Positions 28,723 through 37,400 of a DNA stretch of 64,000 nucleotides are shown piece by piece. The first letter of the stretch is position 1. Each line of letters starts with the position of its first letter. Location of the stretch: IMG/VR virus record IMGVR_UViG_3300023210_000011, positions 67,436 through 131,435 of that record; one strand, written 5' to 3'. Source of the DNA: a virus. A program made the translations under genes and the position numbers. The notes under the pieces were generated by a model that saw only the letters and a program-made list of their open reading frames with translations, did not search any database and had not been told where the DNA came from.

Positions 28723-29754
28723 ATGGAAGTGATCGACCAGTACGATGACCTGGGCGAGCGGTTCTCGCGGTCGGAACTCGCAGCACTCGCCACCTCGCTG
28801 CTCAAAGAAGCCTCCTGGGTGGAGCGGGATGACCTCCTCGACCGGGACTTCGCGCTCATCCTGGTGGACGGCGAAGGGAAGGAGCACCGGAAGTTCGCTT
28901 GCTACGACGCAGGCTCCACTCTGGTCTCGCAGTGGTACCTCCTGAACGCGACCCACGGGCTCCCCGACACCGCGATGAAGGTCGCCTCGGTGAACCTGAC
29001 TCGAGCAGCGCAGCACTACGGAGTCATCACAGACGGAGATCTGGAGAAGGCCGCTTCTGCCCCGCTGGAGGGAGCAGATGAGCGCCGGGTCTTCCTCTCC
29101 GTCGCCCCGTCTCGCCCCTCGACCTCCCCGTCCGTCATCCGCAAGGTGGCATCGGCCTTCGACGTGATGACGGAGGTGACCCGGGAGTGGGCAGACCTCG
29201 ACCCCTACGATCGGCATGACGCCGCAGTGGACCTGGTGAAGATGGCGTCCCTCACGGGGGCCACGGTGCCAGATCACATCTTCCAGTACAGCGGCACGGA
29301 GCTCAGCCCGCGCTTCTCCAAGGTCGCACAGGCGCGGCGGGAGTTCACTACCCGTGAGGACACGCGAGAGGGGTACCTCCGCCTCTCGAAGATGGCCGCG
29401 GCGATGGACACCGAGGATGTCGTTGAGGCGATGTTCCTCCTGGACGAGCAGGCGGGTGTGACTGGCCGCTACGGCGCGCGTCTCCCCGATCCAGTTCTCG
29501 CGGTCTACGGGGCCACGAAGGAGGCCGAGTTCTCCTGGATCCAGGGCGGCGACTACGTCAACGAGCGCATGCTGAAGAGCTACTCCGGCAGCAGCGCGTT
29601 CAACGCCACCAGTGGCAAGGTCTTCACGGACGCGGTCTGCGACCGGTTCAAGAAGGACCCGATCGGCACCTTCAAGGCCATGCCTCCCGAGCAGCAGAAG
29701 CTCATGGCCCGCCTCGCCTCCCAGTCCCGAGACAGCAACGATGGCGGCAACTGA
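28723..29754 (+). CDS. Head-region protein with multiple KxA motifs, about 343 aa
   Basis: GAGG RBS before ATG 28723; MKVAS, EKAAS, RKVAS, VKMAS, SKMAA, TKEAE. Confidence 0.7.
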   Translation: MEVIDQYDDLGERFSRSELAALATSLLKEASWVERDDLLDRDFALILVDGEGKEHRKFACYDAGSTLVSQWYLLNATHGLPDTAMKVASVNLTRAAQHYGVITDGDLEKAASAPLEGADERRVFLSVAPSRPSTSPSVIRKVASAFDVMTEVTREWADLDPYDRHDAAVDLVKMASLTGATVPDHIFQYSGTELSPRFSKVAQARREFTTREDTREGYLRLSKMAAAMDTEDVVEAMFLLDEQAGVTGRYGARLPDPVLAVYGATKEAEFSWIQGGDYVNERMLKSYSGSSAFNATSGKVFTDAVCDRFKKDPIGTFKAMPPEQQKLMARLASQSRDSNDGGN

Positions 29755-30544
29755 TCTGCAGCTCTTCCGGGATGAGCAAGCTCACCCCCTGGTCCTACTC
29801 CGTGCCTGCCTCCGCCTGTTTGGGGCAGAGGTGCTGGAGTGGGAGCCCACGGTCGTGAAGAGGTCGATCGAAGACGCCACTGAGGCCACCGTATCTCGCG
29901 TGAACTTCGTGAAGATCCTGGCGGCCCTGACCGTCGCGAACCGCGACAACTTCTGGCTGGAGTGGGAGACCTTCCACTTCTTGTCCCAGGCGTTGAACAA
30001 CAACCTCCCCTCGGCAGGTGCCATCCAAGATCAGAGCGTCGGACAGATGATGGTGGCGGTGGACATCGCTGCCAGCATCCGGAAAGAGCTGGGGACGCTC
30101 TCGGAGGTCCCGGAGTTCAGCGACGAGGTGCGGCGGTACATCGCGGCCCAGCTCTCGGAGGCGGGAATCTGGTTCGTCCCAGAGCCCCTCACCTTCGTCA
30201 ACCCCCTCATCTCTGGACTCACCCAGGTTTGCGGTGAGTGTGACAATGAGGAGGAGCCGCAGGTGGACGGCCTCTGCAGCTACTGCACGGATCGGTACGA
30301 CGCGGACTCTCTGCTCAAGCTCGAACCGGACGAAGAGCTCAGCAAGAAGTACGACGGATCCAAGGTGCGGGTCATCGAGAAGTTCAAGACGCTCCCCGTC
30401 CAGAAGCGGCTCATGGACTACCTGACAAAGCCTGCTACGGTACTCCGCGAGACCCAGGCGGATATCTGTACCGCCAAGATCGTGACCGGATTGGAGTACA
30501 TGATGCACCGCCGGGCGCAGCTGAGCCGACAGGAGGCCGTATGA
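29741..30544 (+). CDS. Hypothetical virion-assembly protein, about 267 aa
   Basis: Overlaps its neighbours; CGEC...CSYC zinc pattern. Confidence 0.65.
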   Translation: MAATDLQLFRDEQAHPLVLLRACLRLFGAEVLEWEPTVVKRSIEDATEATVSRVNFVKILAALTVANRDNFWLEWETFHFLSQALNNNLPSAGAIQDQSVGQMMVAVDIAASIRKELGTLSEVPEFSDEVRRYIAAQLSEAGIWFVPEPLTFVNPLISGLTQVCGECDNEEEPQVDGLCSYCTDRYDADSLLKLEPDEELSKKYDGSKVRVIEKFKTLPVQKRLMDYLTKPATVLRETQADICTAKIVTGLEYMMHRRAQLSRQEAV

Positions 30545-31566
30545 CCCCGGAATCCCTGGCCGCCTTCGTAGACGAGATGCAGAAGCTCTCAGAAATGCCC
30601 GCACCGGCTGCCAAGGAGGAAGATCGCGGTGGGGTCGTCAGTCGCGCACGTAGCTCTCTGAAGCGGCACGCAGGAGTCGGAACCCTCGCCATGGGAGGCC
30701 TGACCGCGGCGCTGGCTGCGAAGAACCCGCAGGCAGCCGGGAAGTTCTTTCGGCACGCCAAAGAGCTGGTGACGAAGCCGGGTAAGAGTCTCGCGCGCGG
30801 GTGGAAGTCTGGAAGGACAGACATCACCTCTGGAGCTGGGGCATCGGACGCTGCGTCGAAGCGGGTCGGCATGTACAAGGACACGTTCCGCAGTGCCGGA
30901 GATGGGCGACTCCTCCAGCATGACGTGCTCACTCAGAAGGACCCAGGGTTCTTGCGGCGGCAGAACATCCTCGGCGTCGGAGAGCGCAGCAAAGAGGGCC
31001 TAAAGCTGAACAAGGCGCTGGCACAGCGGGTCAAGGAGACTCAGGGCAGGTTGGACGCTGGGGAGCGGATTCCGGAGAGTCAGTTGCGCGCACTCTACGA
31101 CGAGATCGGCCAGGCTGGTAGCGCCCAGAAGCTCAAGCCGGCGGCGGGCCTGACGACGTACATGCCCGGAGAGAGGTCTGCTAACGTGGGCCTCGGGACC
31201 GTCGGAGGAGTGGCAGGAGGCCTCGAGTCGCACGATCCCGAGACGGGGCGTAAGCGTGGGGTAGGAGAGCGCCTGGCCCGTGGTGCTGCTGGGGCAGGCA
31301 CCGCCATTGGGCTGGGACACATGTTCATGGGTCGAGGCACTGGGATGGACGCCGGGAACTTCATCCCCAAGAGCCTCCGGGCTAAGCTGCCGAAGACGTT
31401 CCGCGGTAACCAGATCCCCCTCACAGGGGATAGGTCGATGCTCTCCCAGAAGGGGCTGCTGCCGCTGGCCGCTGGCGGCGTACTCGCAGCAGGAGAGGGC
31501 GTAGCCGCAGATGCTGCAGGTGCGGGCGGGCAGTTGGTAGATCGGGCCTTCGGGCAGGGGGAGTAG
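30541..31566 (+). CDS. Leader + basic glycine-zipper cargo protein, 341 aa
   Basis: N-terminal LAAFVDEMQKLS; several GxxxG-rich hydrophobic helices. Confidence 0.7.
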   Translation: MTPESLAAFVDEMQKLSEMPAPAAKEEDRGGVVSRARSSLKRHAGVGTLAMGGLTAALAAKNPQAAGKFFRHAKELVTKPGKSLARGWKSGRTDITSGAGASDAASKRVGMYKDTFRSAGDGRLLQHDVLTQKDPGFLRRQNILGVGERSKEGLKLNKALAQRVKETQGRLDAGERIPESQLRALYDEIGQAGSAQKLKPAAGLTTYMPGERSANVGLGTVGGVAGGLESHDPETGRKRGVGERLARGAAGAGTAIGLGHMFMGRGTGMDAGNFIPKSLRAKLPKTFRGNQIPLTGDRSMLSQKGLLPLAAGGVLAAGEGVAADAAGAGGQLVDRAFGQGE

Positions 31567-33630
31567 ATGTCGGTCTCAGGCGAGCTCAGTCGGTTCAATC
31601 CGCGTCGCGCCAGTGTGGACGGGAGCCGTGGATTCGGTATCCAATACCCGTCCCCCTTCTTCGACATCGCGCAGCAGTTCCTCCCGACGAACCAGCACCA
31701 GCTGCACAAGTGGTGTCGGTACTACTTCCTCACGAATCCGGTCATCAACGCCGCCTGCTCCAAGATGGCCGAGTACCCGGTCACCCCTCTGGTGTTCGAG
31801 ACAGAGGACCCGGAGCTCCAGAAGCTCGGACGCAAGGTCGAGGGGCAGCTCAAGCTGCGCTCGTTCCAGGTCGAGGTGGGCCTGGACTACTTCGTGTACG
31901 GCAACGCCTTCGTCTCGGTGTTCCTGCCGTTCGAGAAGTACCTCATCTGCTCGAGCTGCAAGGCCCGGTACCGGGCGAAGACGAACCGCTTCCGCTACAC
32001 CTGGCGCAACTCCCGTTTCTACCTCAAGAAGTGCAAGTGTGGGCACGTCGGCTACGCCAAGCAGCACGACGTCTACATGCGGAGCTTCCGGCAGATCAAA
32101 CTGGTCCGCTGGAACCCCGAGAACATCACGATCAAGCACAACGAGATCACAGGGGAGACGAAGTACTTCTTCAAGCTCCCCCGTGCGGTGCTCAATGACA
32201 TCAAGCTGGGGGACAAGGACACCATCGAGACGCTGCCCATCGAGTTCCTCGAGGCGGCGCGGCGTCGGAAGTCTCTGCTCTTCTCGAAGGACAACCTGTA
32301 CCACCTGAAGCGTCCGACCATCGCGCAGAAGGACCAGGGGTGGGGAACCCCCCTGATCTACCCGCTGCTGAAGGATGCGTACTACCTGCAGGTGATGAAG
32401 AAGGCGAACGAGGCAGTCCTCCAGGAGAGCATCGTCCCCCTCCGCATTCTCTTCCCGGGCCAGAGCACGGGAGGTAACGAGGGGCCGTACGGCGCGTACA
32501 ACCTGACGAACTGGAAGAAGCGTGTTGATGAAGAGATCAACATGTGGAAGCGGGACCACAACTACATCCCTGTCCTTCCGGTGAACGTCGGCTTCCAGCA
32601 GATCGGCGGCCAGGGGCGCTCCCTCCTGCTCTACCAGGAGATGCGACTCCTCGCGGAGCAGATGCTGGCCGGTGCCGGCATCCCCGTAGAGTTCATCTTC
32701 GGCGGCCTCCAGTGGAGTGGGTCGAGTACCTCTCTCCGTGCCCTGGAGAACATGTTCCTGGGCTTCAACATGCAGCGGCATGAGCTCGTGAATGAGTTCA
32801 TCCTCGGGAAGATCTTCTCCTTCATGGACTGGCCGAAGGTCCCTGCGCGGTTCGACAAGTTCCGCATGGCCGACGATCTCCAGAGGAGCATGTTCTACCT
32901 GCAGCTCAACCAGGCACAGAAGATCAGCAACCGCCGGCTCATGGAGGAGGTCGGAGAGAACTTCGACCTCGAGACCGAGCGCATGGAAGACGAGATCGCG
33001 ACGCAGCTCCAGGCCAACCGCAAGATGCAGGTGGCTTCTGCCGACATCCAGGGCGAAGCCCAGCTGCGTGGATCCCGCTACCAGACCAAGGCCCAGGAGC
33101 TCCAGATGCGCTCCCAGGCCAAGGTACAGATGGAGATGCAGCAGGAGCAGATGCAGGCTCAGGCGGCCATGCAGGGCGGAGCTCCGGGGCAGCCTCCCCC
33201 ACAGCAGCCCGCGCAGCCTCCACAGCAGCCTTCACAGCAGCCTCAGCAGGGCGGAGATCAGGCCCAGCAGACTGCAGGTCTCCCAGAAGGGGCCACGGCG
33301 TACGACGAGAACGCACAGAACCCCAACGCCACGGGCATGCCGGCAGCGATGGCGGGAATGCAGTCACAGGTACAGCCCGGTGGAGGAGGCGTAGACCTCC
33401 GGTACATCGCGCAGCGAGCCGCGGCATTCCTGCGCACCGTGAAGGCTGAGCAGGGTGAGGAGGCGATGTTCCAGTCTCTTGCGCAGATGCAGACCTCCAA
33501 CCCCGCGCTCTACCAGCTGGTAGTCCAGCTAATGAATGAGACGGGGTCGAAGCAGGATCCGACAAACGCGATGTCGAATCCTGCTCCGAATGGAACTCCG
33601 CAGGCCAGTGCGGGACGCCAGGTCGGCTAA
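31567..33630 (+). CDS. Portal protein, 687 aa
   Basis: YPSPFFD...WCRYYFLTNPVINAA.SKMAEYP, DYFVYGNAFV, YHLKRPT...WG.PLIYPLLKD: portal-like organisation next to head genes, with a Q/P-rich C-terminal tail. Confidence 0.75.
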   Translation: MSVSGELSRFNPRRASVDGSRGFGIQYPSPFFDIAQQFLPTNQHQLHKWCRYYFLTNPVINAACSKMAEYPVTPLVFETEDPELQKLGRKVEGQLKLRSFQVEVGLDYFVYGNAFVSVFLPFEKYLICSSCKARYRAKTNRFRYTWRNSRFYLKKCKCGHVGYAKQHDVYMRSFRQIKLVRWNPENITIKHNEITGETKYFFKLPRAVLNDIKLGDKDTIETLPIEFLEAARRRKSLLFSKDNLYHLKRPTIAQKDQGWGTPLIYPLLKDAYYLQVMKKANEAVLQESIVPLRILFPGQSTGGNEGPYGAYNLTNWKKRVDEEINMWKRDHNYIPVLPVNVGFQQIGGQGRSLLLYQEMRLLAEQMLAGAGIPVEFIFGGLQWSGSSTSLRALENMFLGFNMQRHELVNEFILGKIFSFMDWPKVPARFDKFRMADDLQRSMFYLQLNQAQKISNRRLMEEVGENFDLETERMEDEIATQLQANRKMQVASADIQGEAQLRGSRYQTKAQELQMRSQAKVQMEMQQEQMQAQAAMQGGAPGQPPPQQPAQPPQQPSQQPQQGGDQAQQTAGLPEGATAYDENAQNPNATGMPAAMAGMQSQVQPGGGGVDLRYIAQRAAAFLRTVKAEQGEEAMFQSLAQMQTSNPALYQLVVQLMNETGSKQDPTNAMSNPAPNGTPQASAGRQVG

Positions 33631-33890
33631 TCCCACTGCGGTGGGTTGATCGCCCACTTGCGAGGCTTTGAGATCTGGATTCCTTCCAGCAGAGCCCCCA
33701 AGATCTTGGGGGCATGTTCCACGAAGCACGCCTCATGGAACATGACTTCGTGATCTCCCGTAGTGAACGTCTCTACTTCTGCGGTCCACCGCACGGCCCG
33801 TCGGAAAATCCGGTGTCGGGAGAGACAGAGGGCGGCCTCCCGCCGCACAATGTGAGCTCCGCAGTACTCACAGTAGTAGCTGGGGGTCAC
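33627..33890 (-). CDS. Small zinc-binding hypothetical protein, about 87 aa
   Basis: YCEYCG...FHEAC; GTGA overlap with the upstream gene. Confidence 0.55.
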   Translation of the reverse strand: MTPSYYCEYCGAHIVRREAALCLSRHRIFRRAVRWTAEVETFTTGDHEVMFHEACFVEHAPKILGALLEGIQISKPRKWAINPPQWD

Positions 33891-34048
33891 GGCATCACCG
33901 CCAGCAGGAAACTCGAGTAGTCTCCGCAGCCAGCACATTCTCCTGCGCCCCAAAAGGGGAGAGCCGGTAGGGCCCCCGCGCAGGCAGAGCACAACCACAG
34001 GGCATCGGGTACTTCCTCCTTCAACTCTGGGCAGCCCTTGCAGTCCAT
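33887..34048 (-). CDS. Small Cys-rich protein, about 53 aa
   Basis: MDCKGC...CSAC...CAGCG; CATACT 29 nt upstream of ATG 34048. Confidence 0.5.
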   Translation of the reverse strand: MDCKGCPELKEEVPDALWLCSACAGALPALPFWGAGECAGCGDYSSFLLAVMP

Positions 34049-34138
34049 GTCCCCACAGCGTCCCTCTACGATCGGGCAGTATGCTGCGAGGATGTCCTCT
34101 TCTGCGGTTCGAGGGGCTATAGAAATCTCGGGAGGACG

Positions 34139-34181
34139 GAGAGAAAGCCCCTCGAGGCCGGCATCACGCCGACCTCGAAGG
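34139..34181 (-). terminator. Intrinsic terminator of a short leftward transcript
   Basis: Minus strand CCTTCGAGGTCGGC-GTGAT-GCCGGCCTCGAGGG (14 bp, two G-U pairs) followed by GCTTTCTCT. Confidence 0.65.
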
Positions 34182-34199
34182 ACACTCTCCCGGGGCCTC

Positions 34200-34307
34200 C
34201 TACCCATCCTGGGCATCGTCCAAGTCCTCGATGTGATCCTCGAAGACGTCAGACGATGTTCTCACGGCGGCAGCAATCACTGCCGCCCAGAAGGCCCACG
34301 TCAGCAT
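34200..34307 (-). CDS. Micro-ORF, 35 aa, hydrophobic N-terminus and acidic C-terminus
   Basis: MLTWAFWAAVIAAAVRTSSDVFEDHIEDLDDAQDG; starts 1 nt after the upstream TGA. Confidence 0.45.
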   Translation of the reverse strand: MLTWAFWAAVIAAAVRTSSDVFEDHIEDLDDAQDG

Positions 34308-34308
34308 C

Positions 34309-34392
34309 TCAGAGCCCTCCCCAATCATCGGGCCACTCCGGCTCGATGGGCTGGGGGTCGGGATCGGTCTTGGTACGCTGCTGCTTGATCAT
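34309..34392 (-). CDS. Micro-ORF, 27 aa
   Basis: MIKQQRTKTDPDPQPIEPEWPDDWGGL; GGAG RBS; TATAAC 33 nt upstream. Confidence 0.45.
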   Translation of the reverse strand: MIKQQRTKTDPDPQPIEPEWPDDWGGL

Positions 34393-34425
34393 GTGCTGCT
34401 CCAGCGTCGGCGCTACTTGCCGACT

Positions 34426-34433
34426 GTTATACT
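34426..34433. promoter_or_regulatory. Overlapping divergent -10 elements (TATACT on +, TATAAC on -)
   Basis: TATACT at 34428-34433 is 27 nt before the RNAP GTG; TATAAC on the minus strand (34431-34426) precedes the micro-ORFs. Confidence 0.55.
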
Positions 34434-34460
34434 TATGGCCTCGATCTGTGGAGTATTTAG

Positions 34461-37400
34461 GTGTCCAATCTGAACCCTGAAGCAGCCCACCGCTCCCTGG
34501 TCCAGAAGACCAAAGAGGCGATCTCCTCTCACTTTCCGATTGAGGGCAGGAAGCACCGCCTGGAGCTCCTCTCTCTCGTCATTGAGGAAGGGCCGAAGTT
34601 CAGTTCGGCCAACTACGAGTCCCAGGCGGGCGCGCGACTGACGGGGAAGACCTGGGGACCGGACATCAAGGCGAAGTTCCGCCTGGTGGACATCGAGACC
34701 AAGAAGGTTCTGGACGAGAAGACCCGGACGATCGGCACTCTGCCCAAGATCACCACTCGGTACAGCTACATCGTAGCAGGCAGCGAGCGGCAGTTCGATG
34801 GGGTGTTTCGGCTGAACCCCGGTGCCTACCACGCAGAGGCCAGCAACGGCGACCTCCTCGCGAAGTGGAATGTCGCTGCTGGGTCAAAGATCGGGTCCTT
34901 CAAGATCTTCATCGAGCGGAAGGACCCGAAGAAGGTCGGGCGCATGCACCTGATCGTGAAGAGCGGGGATGCGTCCACCGTGAAGATCGCGATCTACCCG
35001 GTGCTCAAGGCCATGGGCATCAGCGATGAGCAGATGAAGTCCAAGTTCGGAGAGAAGATCTTCGAGGCCAACAGGGCTGCGGCAAAGCCCGGAACCCTGC
35101 AGCGGTTCCACAAGGCGATCGAGAACCGGAAGAAGTCTCAGGACTACAAGCCCCCGCCCCCAGCAGAGGCTGCCCAGTTCGCCAAGCAGGTGTTTGAGGG
35201 AGCCGAAGTCAGCGCCGACACGATGCAGTCCGCGCTGGGCAAGAAGTTCGAGAAGATCTCCGGGGAGGCCCTGCTCCTCTCCGCGGCGAAGCTGGTGGGG
35301 ATCAGCAAGGGTCGCGTGAAGGAGGACGATCGACAGTCCCTCTCGAACAAGCGCCTCTTCGGGGCCGAGGATTTCATCCACGAGCATCTGACGAAGGGCG
35401 CCAACATCTACTCGTTGCAGCGGAAGATTCGCAACAACGTCGATCGCCGCGATCGCATCTCGGAGATCATCCCCGCACCTGGCGTGGGGTACGGCGCGGC
35501 CATCCTGTCGAAGTTCAAGGCGGGACAGCTCCCCACCCAGACGAACCCCCTGCAGTTCGTCTCGAACCACACGAAGACCACGATCCTCGGAGCGGAGTTC
35601 GGCGGCATCAAGGGCGACAACGTCAACATGATGCAGGACAAGCTGATCAACCCGAGTCACCTCGGGCTCCTCGATCCGCTTCAGACCCCTGAGAACTCCG
35701 CCACTGGCGTAGTCCTCCATGTACCTCTCGGCGCCAAGAAGAAGGGCCACCGGCTGATGGCGCAGGTCATCAACGTGAAGACCCGTCGGGTCGAAGAGAA
35801 GAGCGCCGCCGAGCTCGAGAACGCGGTGGTCGCTTACCCAGACCAGGTCAAGGTCACGAAGAAGGCCGACGGCACGTACAGCCTGAAGCCTCGGTTCTCG
35901 AATGTCGTTGTCTACGACGACGAGCGCAACACCTCCAAGCGCCCATGGAATCAGGTCCAGTACGTGCTCCCCTCGGCTCGGAACCTCTTCGCGATCAGCG
36001 CCAACCTGGTGCCGTTCATCCAGAACGACAACGGCAACCGTGCGATGATGGCCGCCAAGCACCAGGAGCAGGCCGTGGGGCTCCAGAAGCGGGAGGCCCC
36101 ACTGGTACAGTCAGTCCAGAAGGGGAAGGCCTCCTACGAGCGCCTGGTGGGCGCCATGGCCGCTATCACAGCGGTCACGGATGGGACGGTCTCCTCTGTC
36201 TCCAAGAAGGCCATCGTGGTGAAGGGCCCGGACGGCAAGGCCTCGAAGTACCCCCTGTACGATCACTACCCGCTGAACGGCGCGAAGCACATGATGCACT
36301 CCACCCCTCTGGTAGAGGTGGGGGACAAGGTCAAGCGCGGCCAGGTCATCGCGGACTCCAACTTCACCCACAAGGGCACCCTGGCCCTGGGTACCAACCT
36401 GCGTGTGGCCTACATCCCGTACAAGGGCCTGAACTTCGAGGATGGCATCGTCATCTCGGAGAGTGCCGCGTCCAGCCTGGTGTCCAGTCACCTGCACAGC
36501 GTCGAAGTCGAGATGACGCCGAACGTGGTGGTGAACCGGAAGCTGTGGCGGCAGTACGCTGGGGCGATCAAGGCCACTCCTGAGGCGCTTCGGAAGCTGG
36601 ATGAGAATGGCGTGATCAAGAAGGGGACCCGGGTTCAGCCCGGAGATGTCCTGATCGCGAAGCTGCGCAAGCAGGACAACACCAAGGAGACCCAGGTAGT
36701 CAAGGCCGCGCTGAAGAAGGCGATCCGGGACTACGTCGATGCCGCTGAGATCTGGGATCACGAGTACGGCGGCACAGTCGTTCGCGTGGTGAACACCGGG
36801 AAGAAGCTGGCGGTCTACGTCCGGACTGAGCAGACGATGGAGATCGGGGACAAGCTCTCAGGTCGACATGGCAACAAGGGCATCGTCACCAAGATCCTCC
36901 CCGATGACCAGATGCCGCGGGACAAGAGCGGGAAGCACGTCGAGGTTCTCCACAGCCCGGCGGGCATCCCCTCACGCATGAACGTCGGACAGGTCCTCGA
37001 GACCGCAGCGGGCAAGATCGCGAAGAAGACGGGCAAGCCCTTCCTGGTTGAGAACTTCGACCCGGACAAGGACTACAGCCAGTTCGTGAAGGACGAGCTC
37101 AAGAAGCACAAGCTCTCGGACACCGAAGAGCTCTTCGATCCGGAGACGGGGGAGAGCCTCGGTCAGATCTTCACGGGGTTCCAGTACACGCTGAAGCTGG
37201 ACCATCAGGCGGAGAAGAAGGTCACGGCTCGCGCTGGTGGATTCGGGTACAAGTACCGTCCCACTGGGGAGGCAGCTCAGGGCTCTGGCGTCGGGCAGGG
37301 AGGCCAGCGCATTGGTGGCCTGGATCTGTACTCCATGCTGGCTCACGGAGCTGTACACAACCTTCGGGAGATGCAGACCTACAAGTCTGACCGAGAGCAG

